DNA of 64,000 nucleotides from an uncultured Gluconobacter sp. (GTDB lineage Bacteria; Pseudomonadota; Alphaproteobacteria; Acetobacterales; Acetobacteraceae): NCBI GenBank assembly GCA_937880175.1, contig CALFLO010000176.1, positions 4,177 to 68,176 of the forward strand, read 5' to 3'. Shown piece by piece: positions 27,715 to 35,105 of this stretch (position 1 is its first letter; each line of letters starts with the position of its first letter). The notes under the pieces were generated by a model. It saw only the letters and a program-made list of their open reading frames with translations, ran no database searches and was not told where the DNA came from. The position numbers and the translations under genes were made by a program.

Positions 27715-30700
27715 TTGGAAGATCCCACTTTGGCCGATACGACAAACGTCAACGACGACCCTTCGACCGCTGGAAATAACGACACCATCCCTTACAACAG
27801 TAACGAAACCAGCTTCCATCAGCATGGCAATGTCTGGCGCTGGACTGGCCCCGCGACGGGCGGCGACTGGTCAGATCCGAGCAACTGGGCTCTGTACAGC
27901 CCCGAAGGTCATCCTGTTGACACGACGGGTGGTTCCTACAGTGGCGATGCCATTCCCCAGAGTGATCAGAATGCTGACGTCAATGTCGGCTATGTCGGCA
28001 ACACCACGCCAAACGTGGTTGTCTCGAATGCCATACTCTACAACCAGATCCGGAGCCTCAGCGTCTGGCAGAACAGCACGCTGAAGATCACGGCGCAGGG
28101 TGGAAACGGCAACGTCTTTGCAACGGCCGGCCTTGAGAATTACGGCACGGTCATCGTTGACACGCCGTCCAAAGTCGAACTCGGCGGCGTTAACGCAGGT
28201 GACGGCACCATCACGATCATGAACAATGACGGAAACGTCACGTTCGATGACTCCTACCTGAACAACGGCACGCTGAACCTGGTCAACGCGACCCTCGGGA
28301 CCGTTGCATCGCCGGTCAGCATTTCCGGTGGCACGATCAACCTTCAGCAGAACAGCACGCTGGTTGCGAACCTGTATGGCGCAGGTGGTACGGTCAATGT
28401 CGATCCGTCGAGCGTGAACACGCTGTATGTAAACGATCGCTATGACAACGACAGCGGCTCCGTTCAGAATACCGTCATCAACGGCGTGTCGAAAAACACC
28501 CATTTCGGTATTCTGGGTGGCTCCTCGCAGCCGACTTCTGCCACGTATGAAGCCAACAGCGACGGCTCCTACACGCTGAAGATCACGCTCGAGAACGGCC
28601 GCTCCATCACCTATCCGACGGTCAATGTCGCAGACGGCTTCAAGCCTGCCGCCCAGGCAACGATCGTTTCGGACGGCTCAACGGGCTGGCTGATCGAAGA
28701 TGCCGGTACCGCGACGGCTACGGCCTCCTATGCTACCAGCGATCTGCATCAGCAGCTTGCCGCAACGGCCGCAGCGGCAGCTGCTGCTGGTGGCGATGCC
28801 TCGCAGTACAATGCCAATGCCGTCAGCTATCACAATCACGATGCCACATGGCGCTGGACGGGTCCTGCCAGTGGAGGTGACTGGTACGATCCGAGCAACT
28901 GGACGCTCTATGACGGCCAGGGAAATGTCGTTGATACGTCCGGCAATTCCTTTGGCGGAAACGCCGTTCCGCAGAGCGAGCAGAATGCTGACGTCAACGT
29001 CGGCTATGTCGGCAGCACCACGCCGAGCATGGTTGTTGCCAACGCACCGTCCTACAACCAGCTCCGCAGCCTCAGCGTCTGGCAGAACAGCACGCTGAAC
29101 ATCACGGCGCAGGGCAACGGCAATTACAGTGGCTACGTCTTTGCTACAGCCGGTTTTGAGAACGACGGCACAATCCTGATCAATACCCCGTCCAAGGTCG
29201 AACTTGGCGGCATCACGATGAACCGTGATGACGGCACGATCACGATCATGGGCAACAACAACAACGTCGTGTTCGATGGAAACAGCGTCAACAACGGCGG
29301 TACCATCAACCTGCTCGACTCCACGCTGGGTGCTCCGACGACGCCGATCTCTGTCAATGGCGGTACGGTCAACCTCGAACAGGGCAGCAGCCTGTACCTG
29401 TTCCCGAGCGAGACCATCGGAACCATCAACGTTGATCCTTCGACGGTGAACACGGTCTATGTCGAAGCCAACGGCTACCTGCACAACAACTCGGCCAACA
29501 CCCAGAACTTCACGATCAACGGCGTGTCCGCCAATACGCATTTCGGGATCTCCGGTGTGTCTTCCGCTCCGACGGCTGCCACCTACACCCCGAATGACGA
29601 TGGTTCCTACACCTTGACGATCACTCTGGCTGATGGCCGTCTGCTGACCTATGGCGACATCCACACGGCCGACGGCTTCACGCCGGCTGCCACGGCGTCC
29701 ATCGTTCAGGATGGCAACAATGGCTGGGTTATCGAAGATAATGGCATCACGACCTGCTTCCTTGCCGGCAGCATGATCCGCACGCCGGAAGGCGATGTGG
29801 CCGTTGAGACCCTGCGTCTGGGTAGCACGGTTGTGGCTTTCGTGAACGGAGAAGCCGTGGAGCGGACCGTAACCTGGGCCGGCCGTGCCCACATGCTCGT
29901 CAAGGCTGGTCTGGCCGATGCCGAAGCAGGTTATCCGGTCCGCATCCTGAAGGACGCACTGGCTGAGGGCGTGCCTTACAAGGACATGCTGGTCACCTCG
30001 GAACACTGTCTGTTCCTGAACGGTGGTTTCGTCCCGGCCCGTATGCTCGTGAACGGTCGTTCCGTAATCTATGACCGCAGCCTGCAGTCCTATGATTACT
30101 TCCATGTGGAAACGAAAGAGCACTCGGTCCTCATGGCTGATGGCATGCTGACGGAAAGCTATCTCGACACCGGCAACCGTCATGCTTTCCGCCAGAGCGG
30201 CTCTGTTGTGTCGCTCGGTGGCCATGCACGGACCTGGAACGATGATGCAGCAGCTCCGCTGACTGTCAGCCGCGATGTGGTCGAGCCGATCTTCCGTGAG
30301 ATCGAAGCCCGCGCCATGGAAGCCGGTTTTGAAAACGCCATCGAGGCTTCGGTCCTGACCGAAGACTCCGGTCTGCACCTCGTCACCAGCACAGGCCAGA
30401 CCATCCATCAGGTCCGGACGGCCAATGGCCGCGCGATGTTCATGATCCCGTCTGACGTGACTGGTGTCCGCATCGTGTCCCGCACGTCCCGTCCGAGCGA
30501 GACGGTCGGACCGTTCGTGGATGACCGTCGCCAGCTCGGGGTTCTGGTGGGTGAAATCACGCTGTTCGACTCTGGCAACACGATCAGCATCGATCAGCAT
30601 CTGACCGATGCCGGTCTGGCTGGTTGGGATGTTCAGGACGATGCGGCTGCACGCTGGACCAACGGCAACGCTGAGCTGTCCCTGACCGCACGTCAGCCGA

Positions 30701-30792
30701 ACAGCCTTGGTATGCTGGCCATTCAGGTTCTGGCAGCAGGCCCTTACCTGCTGGTTTCCGAAGGTGAAGCCGAAACGGCTCACACCGCCTGA
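27715..30792 (+). CDS. Hint-domain mosaic protein: two passenger-like beta-helix units, a Hint autoprocessing module, and an unknown C-terminal domain
   Basis: 1025-aa ORF. Only TTG starts are available (27715, or 27730 with GGAAGA 7 nt upstream). There is no signal peptide. It has an internal 338-aa-period duplication and a Hint signature (CFLAGSMIRTPEGDVAVETL...SEHCLF...HSVLMADGMLTESY). A strong terminator follows. Confidence 0.85.
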   Translation: MEDPTLADTTNVNDDPSTAGNNDTIPYNSNETSFHQHGNVWRWTGPATGGDWSDPSNWALYSPEGHPVDTTGGSYSGDAIPQSDQNADVNVGYVGNTTPNVVVSNAILYNQIRSLSVWQNSTLKITAQGGNGNVFATAGLENYGTVIVDTPSKVELGGVNAGDGTITIMNNDGNVTFDDSYLNNGTLNLVNATLGTVASPVSISGGTINLQQNSTLVANLYGAGGTVNVDPSSVNTLYVNDRYDNDSGSVQNTVINGVSKNTHFGILGGSSQPTSATYEANSDGSYTLKITLENGRSITYPTVNVADGFKPAAQATIVSDGSTGWLIEDAGTATATASYATSDLHQQLAATAAAAAAAGGDASQYNANAVSYHNHDATWRWTGPASGGDWYDPSNWTLYDGQGNVVDTSGNSFGGNAVPQSEQNADVNVGYVGSTTPSMVVANAPSYNQLRSLSVWQNSTLNITAQGNGNYSGYVFATAGFENDGTILINTPSKVELGGITMNRDDGTITIMGNNNNVVFDGNSVNNGGTINLLDSTLGAPTTPISVNGGTVNLEQGSSLYLFPSETIGTINVDPSTVNTVYVEANGYLHNNSANTQNFTINGVSANTHFGISGVSSAPTAATYTPNDDGSYTLTITLADGRLLTYGDIHTADGFTPAATASIVQDGNNGWVIEDNGITTCFLAGSMIRTPEGDVAVETLRLGSTVVAFVNGEAVERTVTWAGRAHMLVKAGLADAEAGYPVRILKDALAEGVPYKDMLVTSEHCLFLNGGFVPARMLVNGRSVIYDRSLQSYDYFHVETKEHSVLMADGMLTESYLDTGNRHAFRQSGSVVSLGGHARTWNDDAAAPLTVSRDVVEPIFREIEARAMEAGFENAIEASVLTEDSGLHLVTSTGQTIHQVRTANGRAMFMIPSDVTGVRIVSRTSRPSETVGPFVDDRRQLGVLVGEITLFDSGNTISIDQHLTDAGLAGWDVQDDAAARWTNGNAELSLTARQPNSLGMLAIQVLAAGPYLLVSEGEAETAHTA
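27793..28704 (+). repeat. tandem coding repeat, unit 1 (residues 27-330 of the Hint protein)
   Basis: Collinear with unit 2. Shared nucleotide blocks include CAGAATGCTGACGTCAA.GTCGGCTATGTCGGCA and AGCCTCAGCGTCTGGCAGAACAGCACGCTGAA. Confidence 0.8.
28807..29745 (+). repeat. tandem coding repeat, unit 2 (residues 365-677)
   Basis: Offset from unit 1 by 1014 nt (338 aa). It is joined to unit 1 by an Ala-rich linker (QQLAATAAAAAAAGG). Confidence 0.8.
29755..30174 (+). other. Hint (hedgehog/intein-like, BIL-type) domain within the 1025-aa protein
   Basis: It starts at Cys681 (TGC 29755-29757), directly after unit 2. Motifs recalled for Hint_2: C-F-x-x-G-[ST]-x-I-x-T-x-x-G, SEHCLF, H-x-V-L-x-A-x-G-x-x-x-E-S. 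Confidence 0.7.
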
Positions 30793-30816
30793 GACCAACC
30801 GGTCTGAAACGAAAAA

Positions 30817-30849
30817 AGCCTCATCCCTTCGGGGGTGGGGCTTTTTTTT
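30817..30849 (+). terminator. intrinsic terminator of the Hint-protein gene
   Basis: AGCCTCATCCC-ttcg-GGGGTGGGGCT (11-bp stem with two G-U pairs and a UUCG loop) followed by T8. Confidence 0.75.
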
Positions 30850-30960
30850 GTCCATTTCCCAGCGCCACGATGATCCCGGAAGGCCAGGGTTCCTGCGGAA
30901 GGTGCGGGTGCCGTCGGCTCTTCTCAGGCTATGACCTCTGTCTGAAGCTGGAGCCTAACG

Positions 30961-30988
30961 AAAAAAGGCGCCCCGTTACGGGACGCCT
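30961..30988 (-). terminator. intrinsic terminator of the TonB-dependent receptor gene
   Basis: The minus strand reads AGGCGTCCC-gtaac-GGGGCGCCT followed by T6. Confidence 0.65.
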
Positions 30989-31017
30989 CTTCATAAAAAG
31001 CCTTCAGGAGAAGTGGT

Positions 31018-33666
31018 TTAGAAGTTGGCGTTGATACGGCCGTAGTAGTAACCGCCGGTGATGGGGACCTGCAGCGAGAACTGATCGTAGATCTGGGCGC
31101 CGCGGGAGCTGTTGATGGGCTGGACGCGACGGGGGCGGACGTTGAAGATGTTGTTCGCACCGATGGCCAAATGCCAGTTGCTGTTGAAGCGGTAGCCGAC
31201 TTCGATATCGGTCAGCCAGCGCGGTGTATTCTTGAACTGCGAGAAGCAGCTGTTGGAATAGGCCAGTCCTTTCCCGTCCAGCGGGCAGGGCAGCGTCTTG
31301 TCCGTCCAGTCATAGTAGGTCAGCATCGACGTGGTTTCGCCGTAACGCGTCTGGCGAACATTGAAGTCCCATTTTCCGACCGTATACAGCGCGTTCAGAA
31401 TGATCTTGCTGCGCGGATAGGCGGTCGTGATGTAGGCGATGTTCTGTGCGTTCAGAAGCGAATTGCCGTTCGTGTCGGTTCCGTTGTGGTGCAGGCGTGT
31501 GCGGTTCAGGTCCAGCGCCATGCTGAGGTTCAGGTTGCCGGCATTGCGGAAGCGGAACGTGTAATCTGCCTTAATGTCCAGACCCTGTGTGCGGGTGCTG
31601 GCGCCGTTGGTCATGTAATAAGCGGAAACGTTCTGAGGCGTGATGCTGTTGAGGGGCAGGGAATATCCCATGGCTTCAATAGCGCTGATTGCTGCGGGGC
31701 CATTGACCGTGCCACCACCCACGATCCGGTCACGCAGATTGATCTGATAGACGTCCACTTCGACGTGGAAGTTCTTTACCGGCTCAAGAACGACGCCGCC
31801 GCTGGCGCTGACAGAGCGTTCCGGCTTCAGGGCGCTGGCGCCCAGGATACGGGCTGCGCTGGAATTGACGGGCAGGAGGCCGGACGCGCCGGTCGGGTCC
31901 ACATTCATGGCGCTGTAGTGCTGCTCGGCCAGGGTCGGTGCGCGGAAGCCCGTGCTGATCGTGCCGCGGAGTGCGATGCGTTTGGTCACATCATAGCGGG
32001 TTGAGACCTTGCCGTTTTCGGTGTTGCCGACATCGGTGTAGTGCTCGAAGCGGCCGGCGAAATCGAGATCCCAGTTCTTGAGCGGGTGGAAGTCGCCGTC
32101 AACATAGGCCGCCCAGATGTCACGGCTCCAGTTGCCGGCACTGTTCGGACCGAGACCGGCATAGCCCTGCGTGCCGCCAAGCTCATAGGACGGCGGCGTG
32201 CCGGCCTTGATCTGATAGGTTTCGAGGCGGTGTTCGCCACCGAAGGCCAGCGTCATGGGAACGGTGTGGGCGATGTTGAACTGGCGGCGGAAGTCCAGGT
32301 TGTTGGTCCACTGCGCCATGCGATAGGTTTCGGCGCGCGTCGTGTTGGGCGACCAGCCGCAGCCGTCGGTGGAATAATAGGACGAGCTCGGATTGGTCGA
32401 GCAGGTGCTGGCGAGCATGCCGGTATTGGCTGTGTTCTTGTTGCCGATCTTGTTGCCATCGGCGCCGTAAGTCGTGCTCAGATCCCAGTCGAAACCAAGG
32501 AAATTGTCACCCTTGAGGCCCAGCGTGGCGGCGTAATCGTTCTCTTCCGATGTTTCGAGCGGCGAGAAGCCCGCCGGGTACATCGTGGGCGCGATATTGG
32601 GCGTCCGGTAGTTTTCATATGCTTCGCCATGGCGGTGCATATAGGTGACCAGGCCGTAGAAATTCACGCCTTCGGTAATGGTCTTGCCGAAGTCGATGGC
32701 GAGGCTTTCGCGGGTTTCTTCGGGCGTGCTCATGATCTTGTTGGAATCGGCGGGCACGTTCATCGCGTTCGGAACGACACCGGTATAGTAACCCGTCGTG
32801 GTGGCGTTGTTGGGCCAGCTTCCGATCAGGCGGTGATCGCGTGCGCCGACGACCATGTGGTCGGTGTGGTAGACTTCGCCACTGATGTGCAGGTAGCCGT
32901 CATTGCCCCATTTCACGCCGCCATCGGCATCGACCTTGTACTGCCAGCCGTCGCCGTTATAGGCGTTCGCGCCGGTCTGCACGGAGGTGTGCATGCCGTG
33001 GGCCTGCTTTTTGGTGATGATGTTCACCACGCCGGCGATGGCGTCGGAGCCATACATCGCGGCCGCCCCGTCTTCGAGGACTTCGATATGATCGATGGCG
33101 CTTGCGGGGATCGTGTTCAGGTCGGCGCCTGTGGAGCCGAACTGCGGGCCGGCATCGGCCGTAATGTTTGCCGTGTTGTGGCGGCGCTTTCCGTCAACCA
33201 GCACCAGGACTTCGTTCGGGCCGAGGCCGCGCATCTGGATGGATGAAGTCAGGGCAGAGGAATCCGCGCCCATGGCCTGAACATTGATGGAAGCATAGGT
33301 CCGGGTCAGGGCATCTGCGACGTTCATCATGCCGGAATGGCGCAGTGTCGCAGCCGAGATCACGCTGACAGGGGACGAGCTTTCACGGGCCTTGCGGTTG
33401 GTCGCATGGGTGCCGGTGGTGACATTGATCGTCTCGGCTTCGCCCGTAAAATTGACGTCGGTCTTTTTCTTGCGTGGCGTGGCGACGGCGGGTCTTGCCG
33501 CCGCAACCGCGGCCGGGTGGGCGGCAGTGTGAGCGGCGCTGCTGGATTTTGCGGTGTGATGACGGACGGCGGGATGCGCCGTGGTGGTCGCGGCCAGGGC
33601 AGACATGCAGGGCATGACGGAGACTGCCGTTGTCACGAGCAGGGAGATGCGATGCCGGGATTTCAT
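31018..33666 (-). CDS. TonB-dependent outer-membrane receptor
   Basis: 882 aa. Signal peptide MKSRHRISLLVTTAVSVMPCMSALA, an Ala/His-rich linker, plug motifs (IEVLEDGAAAMYGSDAIAGVVNIITK), a long barrel, and a terminal ...GRINANF. Confidence 0.9.
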   Translation of the reverse strand: MKSRHRISLLVTTAVSVMPCMSALAATTTAHPAVRHHTAKSSSAAHTAAHPAAVAAARPAVATPRKKKTDVNFTGEAETINVTTGTHATNRKARESSSPVSVISAATLRHSGMMNVADALTRTYASINVQAMGADSSALTSSIQMRGLGPNEVLVLVDGKRRHNTANITADAGPQFGSTGADLNTIPASAIDHIEVLEDGAAAMYGSDAIAGVVNIITKKQAHGMHTSVQTGANAYNGDGWQYKVDADGGVKWGNDGYLHISGEVYHTDHMVVGARDHRLIGSWPNNATTTGYYTGVVPNAMNVPADSNKIMSTPEETRESLAIDFGKTITEGVNFYGLVTYMHRHGEAYENYRTPNIAPTMYPAGFSPLETSEENDYAATLGLKGDNFLGFDWDLSTTYGADGNKIGNKNTANTGMLASTCSTNPSSSYYSTDGCGWSPNTTRAETYRMAQWTNNLDFRRQFNIAHTVPMTLAFGGEHRLETYQIKAGTPPSYELGGTQGYAGLGPNSAGNWSRDIWAAYVDGDFHPLKNWDLDFAGRFEHYTDVGNTENGKVSTRYDVTKRIALRGTISTGFRAPTLAEQHYSAMNVDPTGASGLLPVNSSAARILGASALKPERSVSASGGVVLEPVKNFHVEVDVYQINLRDRIVGGGTVNGPAAISAIEAMGYSLPLNSITPQNVSAYYMTNGASTRTQGLDIKADYTFRFRNAGNLNLSMALDLNRTRLHHNGTDTNGNSLLNAQNIAYITTAYPRSKIILNALYTVGKWDFNVRQTRYGETTSMLTYYDWTDKTLPCPLDGKGLAYSNSCFSQFKNTPRWLTDIEVGYRFNSNWHLAIGANNIFNVRPRRVQPINSSRGAQIYDQFSLQVPITGGYYYGRINANF

Positions 33667-33948
33667 TACTACTATCTATACCTCCATGAGACGCCGCTCT
33701 TGGGTTCAGAGGGGGTTTCGAAAGAGTAATGATAAAATCTCGTTACATGGAAGTAGCAAAAATGATTTGTGTGACAGATTTTCCATGTGTTGCATGATGG
33801 CAACAAGATGTTCAATTTTATTGATTATGAGAAAGGAAATTCCACGAAAAAAGGTGTATGAGAAATATAAATCCTAAAATCTCGATCAAGAGATCAGGGA
33901 ATGCGATTAGTGATCGTTTTTTTTGTTACTTAAATGTACCGAGATGTA

Positions 33949-34371
33949 TCAGTCGTCCAGACGGACGGTACGGTTGCGTTTGATGCCGGCCCGGTGGGAT
34001 TTTCCATCAAGCCGACGCTGCCGGGCCGCTTTTCCGGGGCGTGTGGCAACGCGGAAAGTGGGACGATGAGCCGCCTTACGGATCAGCTCTGCCAGACGTT
34101 CGATGGCGTCCTCACGGTTGCGCTGCTGTGTGCGGAAGCGGCGTCCCGTAATGACGATTTCACCATTCTGGGTGGCACGGCTTCCAGCAAGTTCGAGCAG
34201 TCGCGTCCGGATGCGGTCTGACAGGGACGGTGAGCGCGCGGCGTCAAACCTGAGCTGCGCGGCGGTGGCCACCTTGTTGACGTTCTGTCCACCCGGTCCT
34301 GAAGCCAGGATATAGGTGACTTTCAGTTCGTCCTCTTCGAGAAAAAGATTGGGAAGGATCTGGATGGGCAT
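33949..34371 (-). CDS. arfB: alternative ribosome-rescue factor / peptidyl-tRNA hydrolase ArfB
   Basis: 140 aa. GGQ motif (ASGPGGQNVNKV) and a basic C-terminal tail. Confidence 0.9.
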   Translation of the reverse strand: MPIQILPNLFLEEDELKVTYILASGPGGQNVNKVATAAQLRFDAARSPSLSDRIRTRLLELAGSRATQNGEIVITGRRFRTQQRNREDAIERLAELIRKAAHRPTFRVATRPGKAARQRRLDGKSHRAGIKRNRTVRLDD

Positions 34372-34558
34372 CTGTCTCTTCCTCTCGGGACGGAAAAAGG
34401 TAAATCTGGCAAGCGTGCGATGGGGCGCCCATAGCCTCTTTCGGCGTGCGATGCCATCGAAGGAGGCGTCTGTCCGCCACGGATGTGGGTCAGGATCCGG
34501 TTTTTCCGGGCGACGAGGTTGACGCCCTTATGGGTTGTGGGGTAGCCAGCGTGCGGAT

Positions 34559-34634
34559 GAACCGGTAGCTCAGTTGGTAGAGCATTCGACTTTTAATCGA
34601 ATGGTCCTGGGTTCGAGTCCCAGCCGGTTCACCA
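34559..34634 (+). tRNA. tRNA-Lys (anticodon UUU)
   Basis: A manual cloverleaf fits: acceptor GAACCGG/CCGGTTC, D arm GCTC-AGTTGGTA-GAGC, anticodon arm TTCGA-CTTTTAA-TCGAA, T arm CTGGG-TTCGAGT-CCCAG, and an encoded CCA. Confidence 0.95.
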
Positions 34635-34921
34635 ACAAATTCATACTCTTTCCAGAAAAATCAGGGTTTTTGAGAAACTTTCTCAAAGCGACCTCAAATT
34701 CAATGACCTGTGGAAACAGTTCGGGACGTGGCGCGCAGATTTTCTGTAAAACCGCCTCTCGATCCAGGTCTGCGATCTGCTCTGGAACATGCGTCAGGCC
34801 GGAGTGTCTGCCGAAGCCGAAACTGTGCCGGGTTTTCCTGAAATGCTTCGTAATGGGCGTTTTGCGAATGGCATGCAGGGCGTAAGATCAGGGCTGCTTT
34901 GGGTATGAAAGGAAACTGCAG

Positions 34922-35083
34922 ATGACGCGTGTTCGGATTGGGGTGGCGCTTGCGCTGCTGGCGGCTCTTGCGGCCTGTGGGCCGGATTATGGCGGGCAGG
35001 GCTCGCGGCAGTTCCGTGGCGATGACTACGGAAATGTCGGTGCGGGCCGCAGCAGTTATGGTTATCAGGGCGGCCCGACCTGA
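34922..35083 (+). CDS. small Gly/Tyr-rich lipoprotein (53 aa; not in the ORF track)
   Basis: The ATG is preceded by AAAGGAAA. MTRVRIGVALALLAALAAC has the lipobox LAAC, followed by GPDYGGQGSRQFRGDDYGNVGAGRSSYGYQGGPT and TGA at 35081-35083. Confidence 0.45.
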   Translation: MTRVRIGVALALLAALAACGPDYGGQGSRQFRGDDYGNVGAGRSSYGYQGGPT

Positions 35084-35105
35084 AGGTTTTCCCTGCTAGG
35101 AAGGT

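Noticed and set aside
28678-30855. 725-aa minus-strand ORF antisense to the Hint-protein gene
   Set aside because: It is a shadow ORF of a GC-rich gene. The product is Arg/Gly/Asp/Val-rich with no motif, signal or sensible start context. The plus frame carries the recognisable Hint module, the protein-level tandem repeat and a terminator.
30870-31034. 54-codon ORF (MIPEGQGSCGRCGC...) downstream of the Hint-protein gene as a possible immunity gene
   Set aside because: It has no SD. It starts after the Hint-gene terminator, runs through the receptor-gene terminator and overlaps the 3' end of the convergent TonB-receptor gene. It is most likely fortuitous.
33813-33831. Fur-box-like sequence CAATTTTATTGATTATGAG upstream of the second TonB-dependent receptor
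   Set aside because: Only about 11 of 19 positions match the GATAATGATAATCATTATC consensus when aligned on the TGATTAT core. The region is generally AT-rich, so this is too weak to call.
34535-34921. tRNA-Lys as a possible integration hotspot, with 116-aa ORF 34535-34885 and about 290 bp of unassigned DNA downstream
   Set aside because: The ORF overlaps the tRNA itself. I saw no integrase gene, no direct repeat of the tRNA 3' end and no compositional island nearby. A minus-strand frame with protein-like sequence has no start and runs into the tRNA. It is at most a decayed remnant and is not supportable.
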